Shown here: piece by piece, positions 53,587 to 64,000 of the stretch
How positions within the stretch are numbered: the first letter of the stretch is position 1
Layout of the letters: the number at the start of each line of letters is the position of its first letter
Assembly: GCA_004431415.1 (NCBI GenBank)
Contig: QPMI01000066.1
Coordinates: 310,001-374,000 of the forward strand
Origin: Cyanophora paradoxa CCMP329
Taxonomy: Eukaryota > Plantae > Glaucophyta
DNA length: 64,000 bases
Direction of reading: 5' to 3'
Position numbers and translations under genes: made by a program
Notes under the pieces: generated by a model
Database searches by the model: none
Seen by the model: only the letters and a program-made list of their open reading frames with translations
What the model was told of the DNA's origin: nothing

Positions 53587-56500
53587 CTACGACTTGACGA
53601 AGATGAGGAGGGACCACTTGGGCAGGTTGATGGCGATCTTGCCGTCGCCCCCCGCCGAGATGGCCCCCCGCTGCGCGTTCCCCGACCCCTGCGCAGGGGG
53701 AGGGTGAGGGGCCGGGGTACATGGGGGGAGGGAGGCTGGGAGGGGTACGCGTACCTCCCAGCCGCCGTAGGGGGCGGCCTGCGAATTGAAGACCTCCTTC
53801 CTGCGAACGAAGTGAGCCCGAGGGGCCGGCTGGTTGCCTGGGCACTCGAGGCGAGGGGGGGGGGGTGGGGGGGAGGGGAGGGGGGAGGGGGGAGGCGGTC
53901 TCGCCGGGCATAACGGGGGCGTCCCCGGCCGTAGGGGGGTGGGGGCGCGCCGGGCCGGGCCGGGGCGCCTCCGCCCCGTGCTCTAAAGCTTCAAACTAGG
54001 GGGCGAGGCCGAGGGCGAGGCGGGGCGGGGCACCCCCCGTCCGGTCCCGTGCTCTGACTTCGACGCTTCGGCCTCTCGGGGGCGGGGGCGGGGGCGGGGG
54101 CGGGGGCGAGAGCGGAGGCGGGCTTCGAAGCTTAGAGTCTAGAAGACGGGCCGGGGCGGGGCTTCAAAGGGGCCGGCCGGGCTCTTCGGGGGCGCACCAC
54201 TGCGCGTTGGGCTCCCCCGTGGCGACGTTGAAGCTGCAGCTGCGGGCGGCCGGGCGTCAGACAGAAGGGAAGCGTCGGGCGTGGGGGCGCGCCGGGCAGA
54301 AAGTTAAGAAGGAAGCTTAAGTAAAGGAGAGATGAAAGGAGAGAGGGAAGGGAGACCGGAAGAGGCGCACTTCTCCCACTGGCCCTCGGAGGGGTTGACA
54401 ACGACAAGCGCCGTCGTCCCGTGCGCGCTCCGCTTGAACGCCAGCCGCCCCGAGCCCCCGTCTGCGGCGATTCCAATCAGAACGGAGGCTGGAGCTGAGG
54501 CGGAGGCGGAGGCTGGGGGCTGGGGCTGGGGAGGCGGGGGCGGGGGCGGGTTCGCTCTATAGCTATGGACAGCCGGGGCGTGCGCACCCTCCATGGTGTA
54601 GTGGGGCGCGCCGAAGTCGCGGCGCAGGCACTGCACGTCCATCCGCACCTTCGCCACCTCCCGCACCATCGCCTGGCGCCGCCGTGAGCCCAGGCGCTCG
54701 CTCTCGAGGGGCTTCGAGCCTCGGCTCTAGTACTAGCTCTCGAGAGGAGTCCACTCGGCGACCCCCACATCCCTTAAACGAGTCTTCGAGCGGGGGGGCG
54801 GGGCCCGGGGGCGCACGAGGAACTGCTGGGCGAGGGGGTCCTGGGTGAGCCCCCAGTTCATGCGGTGCCACTCGTCCGTGTTCCTGCGCCCAGGCCCCCG
54901 CCAGTCAGTCAAATAGCCCTTCCTCGCCCCAGGGCAGGGCGGGGCAGGGCAAGCCACAGCTAGCCAGGCAGGGCAGCCGCCCGGCTAGATGGCTGGCTAG
55001 CTCTAGCCAGCTAGCCGTCCCCTCCCCTCTAGATCTAGCCCGCCTAGCCGCCCGCCCCCTCTAGGAGGAGGCGGGGTACGCGTGCTTGCGCACCACCAGC
55101 CTCCCTGGAGGGTCTCGGTGCCCATGAACATCATGGGGAGTCCGGAGACCGACATGGCGAGGGCCCACAGCATCCGGCACTGCGCCCGCGCGTGCCTGCG
55201 GTGGGCGGAAAGAAGCGAGGGATCAGCAAGACGGACTCCGATAGATAGGACAGAGCGGGGTAGGTAGGCCAGGCCGGGCCGGTTTGCCTAGGGTAGGGTA
55301 GGGTAGGCTCGACCAGGCTCTTATTAGACGGGATCGCCCCTGGTGCGCCCGCCGCGGCAGCCGGTGCGCCGCGGCGGCCGTAGAGCTCTACGCTCGAGTT
55401 CGAGCTCTAAGCTCTGAGCTTTAAGCCTTTAGGAACCAAATTCAAATTGAACATGATCGCAGGGGGCGGCTCGCGAGCTCTAAACGCTAAGCTCCAAGCT
55501 CTAGCTCGAAGTAAACAGAATAATCGCGGGGCGCACCAGTTGCCGCGGCCGCCGTAGAGCTCGACGACGTAGCGGTGGATGCCCCCTGCCCTCGCGCGCC
55601 CGCCCGGGTCGACATGGGCCGGGAGGACGGGCCGAGGGGCGAAAGGACGAGATATCATCCCAGGCAATAGCTGTGCGCTAGCTGGGCCCCAGATCCTAGA
55701 TCCTAGATTCCTAGGGAGCGAGCGGGCGGGCAGACGGGCGGGCGGGCCGCACCGTCCATCGAGCCATTGTGGCGGTCGCCGATCTGCAGCAATGCCGCAG
55801 GCCCGATCAGAGGCGAGCGAAGAGGGCTCTGGAGGGCGCTAGCGCCCCGTGGGGAGCTCAGAAGAGCGTTAAGAGCTTGAGAGCGGGCGAAGAGACATCC
55901 CAACGAGGAGCGCGGGCCCGGACGCTGCGGCCCCCGCCCACCTGGTCGTGGCAGCCGAGGGGGTACTTCAGGCACTGCCAGGGGCGGTTGAAGCCGTGGT
56001 GCAGCCCCACCATCGCCTGCAGCGACAGAAGAAGAGACGAGCCTAAGAACAAGACGGAGACAGAAGATAGAGGATAGAGGGGGGGAGGAGGAGGGGGTAC
56101 GGGCCTTGAGCATGCCGAAGTTGGAGCCCCCGAAGCCGCCGCGGATCATCTTCAGCGAGTCGAAGTAGGCGGAGTGGACCCAGCAGGAGTGGAACCCGGC
56201 GTCCGTCACGACCTTCGGGGAGCGTGAGTCACGGGGGAGGGGTACACGATTTCAGCGAAGCACCTTCGGGTTCTCGGGCGTGATCTCGGCGATGAGGATC
56301 TTGTCCGGGAACCGCCGCTTGCACTCGCCCGTCCAGTGCTGCTCGCGATCGCGATCGCGATCGGGCCCCGTCAGCGGCCAGCGGGGGTACAGTGTAGGAC
56401 AAGGGGGGTATGGCGTTCGCGCCTTCAGCAGGTCCCACGGGTTGTTGTGCACGGAGTCGAACCGGAGGCCGTCCCCCTGCAGGGTACTCGTATGTGAGCA

Positions 56501-58211
56501 ATCGCAAGCGCCGTACCCTCCTCCCCTTCGCTCTTGCCTTGTACTCCTCCAGGAACAGGAGCGCCGACTGGGTAAGGTACTCCCGAATCTGTGGGGGTAC
56601 GGTCTCGTTCGCAAGGGGGTGGGGGCGAATCGGACGGGTGTACGGAAATGGCGCGCCTCGGGCTTCGAGAAGGCGAACTTGCGGCCCCAGGGGGTATCGC
56701 CGCCGCCCTCGAAGTAGATCCCCCCGTTGTTGTTTGGCCTGCGGACCAGTTTCAGGGAGAGGGCCGGAAAGGGGCGCTACCCCTCCCCAACCCCCGTACC
56801 CCCAGCGACGCACCCGTACCCATCGTACATCCAGAGCGAGTTCATCTTCGCCGAGCCGTGATTCAGCACCACGTCGAAGATGATCTGCTCGGGGTACACG
56901 GTTCGACAAAATTTGGGGGTTGGGGAAGAAGGGGGGTACAGCGGACCGCGATGCCGCGCTTGTGGGCCTCGTTGACGAGGGTGCGGAGGTCCTCCGGGGT
57001 ACCGTACTGCAACGCGGGGGTGAGCTACTCCCGCACCGCCCGGGGGTATGAGATTCGGGCGCACGGGCCCGTGGACGTTGTGCAGCATGCGAGGGTTGTA
57101 CCCCCACTGCCCGCCGAACTCGTGGACGGGCATCAACTGGATCGAATTGAATCCCAGATCCTTCAGGTAGTCGAGCTTCGTGATCTGTACCCCCGGCGCG
57201 CCGTCAGGGACACGGCAATCCCTCGTTTAGGGGTACGGGACCGCGCGCCATCTTACGGAAGATCGGATCGGGGGACGAGTCAAGGCCGTCGCCCATCCCG
57301 ACGAAGGTACCCGGGTGCACCTCGTACATAACGAGGTCTGTACCCCCCGGGGGCGTGAGGAGCGGGGGTGCATGCGGCAGAGAGCGAGGGACGTACCCTC
57401 GAACGGCGGGGTCTTGAATTCAACCCACTCGAACGCGGACGGGTCTTCTACGATGCATGTGTTTCTGCGGGCGGTCCCGCTGTTTCAGCCGAGCGCGGGA
57501 AGGCCGGGCGGCCGGACGGGGCCGGGCGGGCGCACGAGTTGAAGTCGGTGTGGCGGGCCCAGGGATCGCGCCGGGTGAGCACGGCGCCCTGCGCGAGCGT
57601 TCGGCGTTAGCTACGGCGAGCTCGGAGGCGATCGGCCGGCCGCTGGCCGCGGGGGCGCGCCTCGCTGTTGAAACAGTCGTTGTGAGAGGACGTGAGCAAG
57701 AAGTGGTACCGGTCGCCCGCCTCGACGTCCTGCCGCAAGCACGCGTCATTGTACATTCATCGCACGTACAGCTCAGGCCGAGCGGCTCTAAGAGGCTGCA
57801 GCCGCCGGGCTGCCGCATAGGAGGCCGCGGCCGCATCAGGCGCTGAATCTCGGCCGCTCATCGGTGAGCACGCGCGAGGCCTGGCCACGACCCGATAGAT
57901 CGAACGTATATTGCGTATCTAACTCGTCTGTGGCTCACTGGCACAACGCATCCCCAGCGCTCTCCCTCGCGCGACAGGTCGAATTTTTCGCCGTCCTTTC
58001 GTGCCGGCGAGACCGGTCCCTTGTGCGAGGGACCAGCCTGCACAAAGACCTGTACGGCCGAGCAGTGTGGCGCCTGCGTCGCGCGGCAGTTAGTCGGGAC
58101 CCGCGCGGTCACTGGTCGGGTTGGGGGCGGGCGAGCGCGACTCACCCATACGCCAAATGAGCAAGCCGACGCGGCGTCGTGCAGGAGGTTAGCCCCGAGC
58201 CTCGGCGCCAT
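53587..58211 (-). CDS. GH13 alpha-glucan-active enzyme with CBM48-like N-terminus (TreZ/MTHase- or bacterial GlgB-like)
   Basis: LGA..FGVW|APH, DLVMYEVHPGTF, KLDYLKDLGFNSIQLMPVHEF..WGYNP, YGTPEDLRTLVNEAHKRGIA|IIFDVVLNH; catalytic GLRFDSV, ILIAE and GCHDQ; PMMFMGTE; C-terminal FNSQ..YGG..GSGN..INLPKWS. Confidence 0.9.
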
Positions 58212-58385
58212 CGATCCTGCAAATGTGTACCCGCCAGGGAAAAAAGCGCTGACTTGCAGCTGCAGCTGCAGCTGCTTCTACGCGCTCAAAGCACGCCCCG
58301 GAAGTCAGACTAGCAGCTCTCGTCCCGGAGCTCGAGACGCCAGGCAGCCAAGCCGTTCCCTCCGTCGCACGCACGGCGAACGAGG
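58212..58385. promoter_or_regulatory. Probable bidirectional promoter between the GH13 and rhomboid genes
   Basis: Only 174 bp between divergent ATGs. Confidence 0.45.
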
Positions 58386-60427
58386 ATGGTGAACAACGAG
58401 CCGCTTCCGAACCCGTGGGGTCAGCCGGCCGCCGCGCCCGCGAGTGCCGCCGCGCCCGGGCCCTCGCTTCCGCCCGGAGCGGTGGCCGCTCCCACGTACG
58501 CTGTGCCAATTGGCGGGCCTGGCATCAGACCGGCGACGGGTTACCCTGCGGGCTACATGTCCGCGTTCGGCTACAGCCAGCACGACAGCGCACCGGGCGG
58601 GCCAACCGCGTACATCGGTCAGCTTCGCGGCTCTGGAACTTGGCCTAGCCTTCGTTTCGGCTCGCTGACCGCGTGTACGCGCAGAGGTGTGCGGGGAGCG
58701 AATGCCGGCACATGAGCTCCAGCCGTGGCATGTGCGCTCAGTCCGAAGCCTTCGCGCATCTGACCGCTGCCCCGCGCTGACCGCACTCGCCTGCGTCCTT
58801 CGCGCAGTATCCGATGATGTGCTGGTCAGTCCGTTCGTTCGAACGCTTCCTGAGCGGCCGTCGGCCCGTCTCTGCCGGCTCCCTCGAGCTCACTGACTGG
58901 CCGTCTCGCCAGCTGCCCGTGCTGCATCGGGAACCCCTGCAGCTCTTCGCGCAAGGCATACTATCTGCAGATCTTGAAGAGCTTCATCGGAGTGGTCTCC
59001 GTTATTCAGGTCGCCTGCGACGAGTTGAAGAGGGGCGATTTGATTCGAATTTGATCTGCCAGTAGGTCGTGCTCTTCATCGTTTCGTGGGCCCTGGGCGC
59101 CACGGACATGCGCAACAACCCGATGGTGCGCTCAGCTGCCGCTCAGCTTTTGAATCCGCGCCAATTGCCCCCGGCCCCATCAGTTCGGGCCGTCGACCGC
59201 CTCGCTGTTGACGCTCGGCGCGAACTACTACCCCCTCGTGCGCCCCTTTTTTCCAGCGTCAATGTGTACCCCTCCCACTCACATCGGCTTCGTTCGCAGG
59301 AGACGAGGCCGAACTACCAGATCTGGCGCGTGTTCACATGCATCTTCCTTCACGCCGGCGCGCTCAGTACCCCCCACCCTCTCTTCCCCTCTCCCTTCCG
59401 GCCCTGCTCACTCCGGACACGAGCAGGCCTCTTCCACATCTTCTTCAACCTGATGGCCCAGGTTCCACTCCCCGGCGCCCCCTTATTTTCCAATCAAGGT
59501 GAATCGAATCCTCTACCCCTGCAGATCATTTTCGGGCGGCAGTGCGAGCCGCAGTGGGGCCACTACCGAACCGGCGCGGTGTACATTATCAGCGGGCTCA
59601 TGGGTACGCTGCTCTCACCTGAGCCCGCACCGCATTTAGATCTTGTCCGAGTGATCCTCTCGCGCGTACCCCCCTCCCCCCTCCCGCCCAGGCTCCATCT
59701 TTTCGGCGGTCATGCGGCCAGCCTCCCTCGGCGTGGGCGCCTCGGGGGCCCTCCTCGGTTCGTCGCACCCCCTCCCCCTCCCGCCCGCCCGCGCCTGTAC
59801 CCCCCGAGCCGACGCCTGTCGTACCCCCCCAGGCATCGCGGGGTGCATGCTCGCGAAGGCGTTCATCGACTACATGCGCCCGGGGGGCCAGTTCGACCCG
59901 AACGCCCGGCAGACGCTGATCCAGCTCGTGCGCCCCGCCCTGCCAATTCTTCTTCTTCAGAGCTTGACGGCACGCCCCCAGCTTATGTTTATTGCGATAA
60001 CCTTCTTTCTCGGCATGGGCTCCGGCACGGTCGACAACGCCGCGCACTTCGGTGAGCCCCCTTGCAGTTCCATCCACCCGTACCCCTCCTGGCTCGGGCC
60101 CGGCGGGCCGGGCCGCTGAGCCCGGGGGGGTACGTCGCAGGCGGGCTCCTCGGGGGCGTCCTGATGGGCGCCGTCCTCTTCGGGAACGTGCGTACCCGGG
60201 TTCAGACCAGCCTCGGCCCCTTGAGCCTAAAGCTTCGATTAGGCTCGCCCTAGGCCTAGGCCTAGGCCTTTGCTGGGCTGGGCCCGGGCCTTACCTCCGG
60301 GATTCCTCGCGCGCAGGAGATCTCGTTCGGGCCCACGTACCTACCCCGGCTGGCGCGGGCCTGCGCCGCCGGAATCCTCGTCGGCGGCATCGCCGGCGGC
60401 CTCGTCCTCATCCTCACCGGCTGGTAG
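58386..60427 (+). CDS. Rhomboid intramembrane serine protease (catalytically intact)
   Basis: QIWRVFTCIFLHAG|LFHIFFN, catalytic GVGASGALLG and VDNAAHFG|GLLGG; ends LTGW-TAG. Confidence 0.93.
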
Positions 60428-60809
60428 CGCCCGCTGTAGCTAGGAACCGAATTTTGTGCATTCTAAACTTGCGCGTATACGTACTTTCCAGTTCGCATAC
60501 TTTCCGGCGTTCTCGAGCTAGCGCTAGAGGTGTAAAAGTATACGTAGGAACGCAATTGCAAGAGCGTGGCGAGGAAGCCAGGCCAAAAGCGAGGGGGGCG
60601 GATCGATGCCCGGAAGCTTCATAATCACATGCATTTGCAAGGAAGTCCGGTCGAGCCGCCGGCGGCCCGTCGACGGTCCACGGTTCACGGCCAGCCGGGG
60701 GTACACCCTGCGATAGAAGCGGCGCTACCGCGAAGCTCCAGCTTGCGGCGGAGGCGAAGTGAGCTCATCCAGTGAACTGAGATGAGTTGGTGACGATCTG
60801 AACCACAGC

Positions 60810-62579
60810 ATGTTCGACGGGGAGTACCAAGGTCCGCGCTGCAACCAGGCTCCGGACTCTGGATCGTGTGCACGCACATGTTGCTCATGTGCTTAATCGC
60901 AGGTGGCGCGAGCGTGGAAGTGCTCGCGTCCACGGGCCAGAACCCACTCGCAGCAGTCGCTCGGGTCTCCGGCAGCGTCAAGCGCGTCTATGATAAGGCA
61001 GTGCGAGGTGCGGCATCTTGCCTCGTCTCGATAGCTCCTGCGCTTCGCTCACTCGGAGACCGCCACGTTTCCTCCGGCAACAGGCTACATCTACGACATC
61101 GACGGCGCCCAACAGACCAAGATCCAGTTCCCAAAGGAGGAGAAGAAAGGTTCGTGCGCTCCGTTGCGCGAGCGCAGCGCACATGACGTGCGCCGCTCAC
61201 ACCTTCTCCCTCAATCGCAGGTCTGGGCCTCACGCAGCCCTGGCTTGTCGTGCAGGTGCGATCGATCACCTCGCTTCAATTCGATTAGCTTTCCTCTCTT
61301 ACCTCACTGCAGCTCTTTGTCCCCGTCGGCAAAACGGTCTCTCTCGAAGTCGGGTCCGCGGTGCGGTGCTGATCTCTCCAATCCGCGCGCGATCTCCGCC
61401 CCCGCAGCATTATCGACAACGAGAGGACCAAGCGTCGGCTCTTCTTCTCGTACGCGTCGCGGGAGACCGTCGTGGCTCCCCTGCATGCGCGCATTCCGTT
61501 CCAGGCGCGCCGTCCCCTCCTGGCCCCGTAGCTTCGACTCACGTCGCGTGCCCGCAGCTTTTGAAGAGAGGCCTTGTGCGGACTGCCCGTGCATGCCTTA
61601 GCTGGCTCCGCCTGACGCGCCGCGGCGCGCAGTGGGTCAACGCGTGTTTCGACGTCGCTGGCTTTGTGCAGGACTGCTTCCGCGGCCTGACGCTTAAAGG
61701 CGTGCCGCATCGATCTCGCATGATCGCGATCTCGTCAGTAGCGCTCACGCCCCGTCCGCAGCCGTCGACACCCTCACCGTCGCGTCGACGTGCCGCCTGC
61801 GGAAGGTGCGCGGGGCCCCGCAATGGCCGCGGCCTTTTTGCCTGGCACCGACCGCGTCGCCTCGTTCAGATCTACACTCTGAAGACCGCCCCTGTCGGTC
61901 CGTTCCTTCTCCCCTTCCGTCCTTTTCCTTTTGCTTCCTTTCCGAGGCCGCTCCCGACAGACACGACCGATGATTTCGAGGTCTACGGCATCCGCGTACC
62001 CGCCGAGGGGCCGATTGACGTCATCCCGCGTCAGCACGAGGTGCAGCGCCCCGCTCCGCCGTACCCCTCCCCGCCAGCGCGCCTGACGCGCTTCGCGCCC
62101 GCCCGCCAGTTCCCCATCGGGGTACAGAACGTGACTCAGATGATCTGCCCGGAGAAAGTCAGGCAGCTCGAGCTCATGTCCGGATCGGCTGTAAACCTCT
62201 CCATGGTATCCCTCGACGCCGATGGTACCCCCTGCCCGCCCGCACCCCCGTTCCTTCCCCACGGCCTCTGCAGACCGACCCGGTGGCCGTCGGCCGTCCT
62301 CTCATGTTGCCTACGGGAACCGGTCTCCCTATGGCCGTGCGCACGCCCCCCCGCCGCCGCGCCCCGCACCGCTCCGCCCCGCCGACGCCGCCCCTCACTC
62401 TGCAGAGGGCGCGAACCCCGCGCTGCGCTCGCCTTCAGCGAACCGTGTCCGGGAGTCCGGCTTTGCGGGCCTGGCCCCGGGTCCCCCGGAGGGAATCTCC
62501 CCCGCCCCAGGCTCCCGCGGCCCGTCCGCCGCCTCCGCCCGCCACGGGTCCGTAGGCTCGGCCAACCCCGCCGGCTCGC

Positions 62580-62635
<56 letters not shown>

Positions 62636-64000
62636 TCCTCCTCCTCATCCTCCTCCTCCCGCCGCCGCGCCGTCACCGCCGGCGCCGTCCTTGCTTCCGG
62701 CTCGGGCTCTACCCCCCTGCCGTGCCTCCCTCCCCCTCCCGCTCCCACGCCCCGCCCGTCTCCCCGGGTGGGGGGTACGGCTACGCCTCCTCCGCCTCCT
62801 CCCCCCGCCAGGTCGCCTCCCGCGCACCCCCCTCCTTCGGCCCCTCCCCCTCCCCTTCCCCCGCCCTTGAATACCGGGCGTCTGCCTATGGGCCCCCCTC
62901 CTCCGCCGCCGCCGCCAACGCCCGCAACCGCGGCGCCTCTCCCCCCCGTGCCGCTGCCGCCCCCGTACCCGTCTCGCCCTCCCAGCCCCGCCACTCTCTT
63001 CGCCACCGCTCCGTATCCTCCTCCTCCTCCGCCAAGTGAGCCCGTACCCCGCCGCCGCCTTTCGAGCTGGTTGGCTAAGCGGCGGCGCGCAGGGTGCTGC
63101 CGGCCCCGACCTCCCCCGGCCCCGGCCAGCCGCAGCGGAATCTCTGGGCCGGCGGGCCCGACCCGGCACCCCCCGCCATGCTCGCCTCGATCACGAACGC
63201 CCTGAAGCAGTACCCCGGCAACGACCGCTACTCGCGGCCGCCCCCGCCCCCCGGGGCCGAGTCGCTCGTCTCCTCCGCCCTCGCCGCGGCCCAGCGCCGC
63301 CAGCGGTACCCCCCTGCTCTCTCTCCTTTCTTCTCCCCTTTCAACGCGTACCCGCAGGGAGAGCGCGGGATCCGGCGCTCCCGTCATTCTTGACGCCCCG
63401 CCCCGCCGCCTGCCCTCCGTGCGCGCCCGCCCGCTTCTGCAGGCCGTGTCTCCGCTATTTCTTACGCGCGCCGCGCTCCGTAGGCTCTCTCGCGGGGTGG
63501 GGAGGGCCCCAGCGAGTGCGCTGCCCTGGCCCGCTCGCCCGCCGCCTCCGTGCACGCCAACGCGTTCTCGCAGGGGCCGCCCCCTCGAAGCCGTCCGCGA
63601 GTCGAAGGGCGCAACGACGACGACTACGACCGCGCAGGGGCAGCAGCAGCAGGGCACGTGGGCGGCCGGCCGCTCGCAGGACCCGTACCCCTCCCCCGGG
63701 GACACCATCCGCACGACGTCGGACATCGGTACCCTGGGGCGCTCCATGAGCCTGCCGGCTCAGCGGCACCCGCGCGAGGAGCCGGAGGAGGGGGGGGAGG
63801 AAGTGGAGGAGGAGCCGGGGATCGAGGGGCCGGAGGCCGCCGGCTGGACCGCCAAGGGTCCGTGTACCCGTGTACCCCCCGCGCCTCCTCCTCTTCGCTT
63901 CCCCGCTTGGCCTGAGGACGGACGGCGCAGGGAGCTCGGGGAACCGGCGGGAGTCGGATCTGCCCCCCGACGAGGTACCCGACGAGGAGGGGGTGGACTC
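60810..64000 (+). CDS. CFAP20DC: CFAP20 domain-containing protein (C3orf67-like), 5' part; runs off the window end
   Basis: MFDGEYQG|GASVEVL..GQNP, KRVYDKAVR, KIQFPKEEKK|LGLTQPWLVVQ, KRRLFFS, WVNACFD, CRLRK|IYTLK, IDVIPR, VTQM; collinear with the CFAP20DC N-terminal domain, followed by a low-complexity tail. Confidence 0.88.

Overview
GC-rich (roughly 65-70%), very intron-dense eukaryotic nuclear DNA with mostly 60-100 nt introns, so the supplied ORF track is mostly misleading and gene models were spliced by eye. The host is probably a flagellated alga or protist (CFAP20DC and RWP-RK genes; a glaucophyte such as Cyanophora is my guess, by inference only). Genes in order: CK1-like kinase (partial), CMTR1, RWP-RK transcription factor, major vault protein, a tandemly duplicated EF-hand gene (left copy pseudogenised) flanking a Mug135-like gene, CGGGKC-type thioredoxin reductase, half-size ABCG transporter, an ADCY10-like double cyclase-STAND NTPase-TPR protein, a GH13 enzyme, a rhomboid protease and CFAP20DC (partial). 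Mobile DNA: a 369 bp hAT-type MITE and a 144 bp TG...CA solo-LTR-like insertion carrying a tRNA-derived Pol III promoter, whose empty site is visible in the paralogous gene copy. Window-wide oddities: a high share of GC-AG introns (7 of 20 in the TrxR gene) and kilobase-scale zones dominated by one palindromic tetramer (GTAC, CTAG, GATC, TGCA), with GTAC even entering synonymous codon positions.
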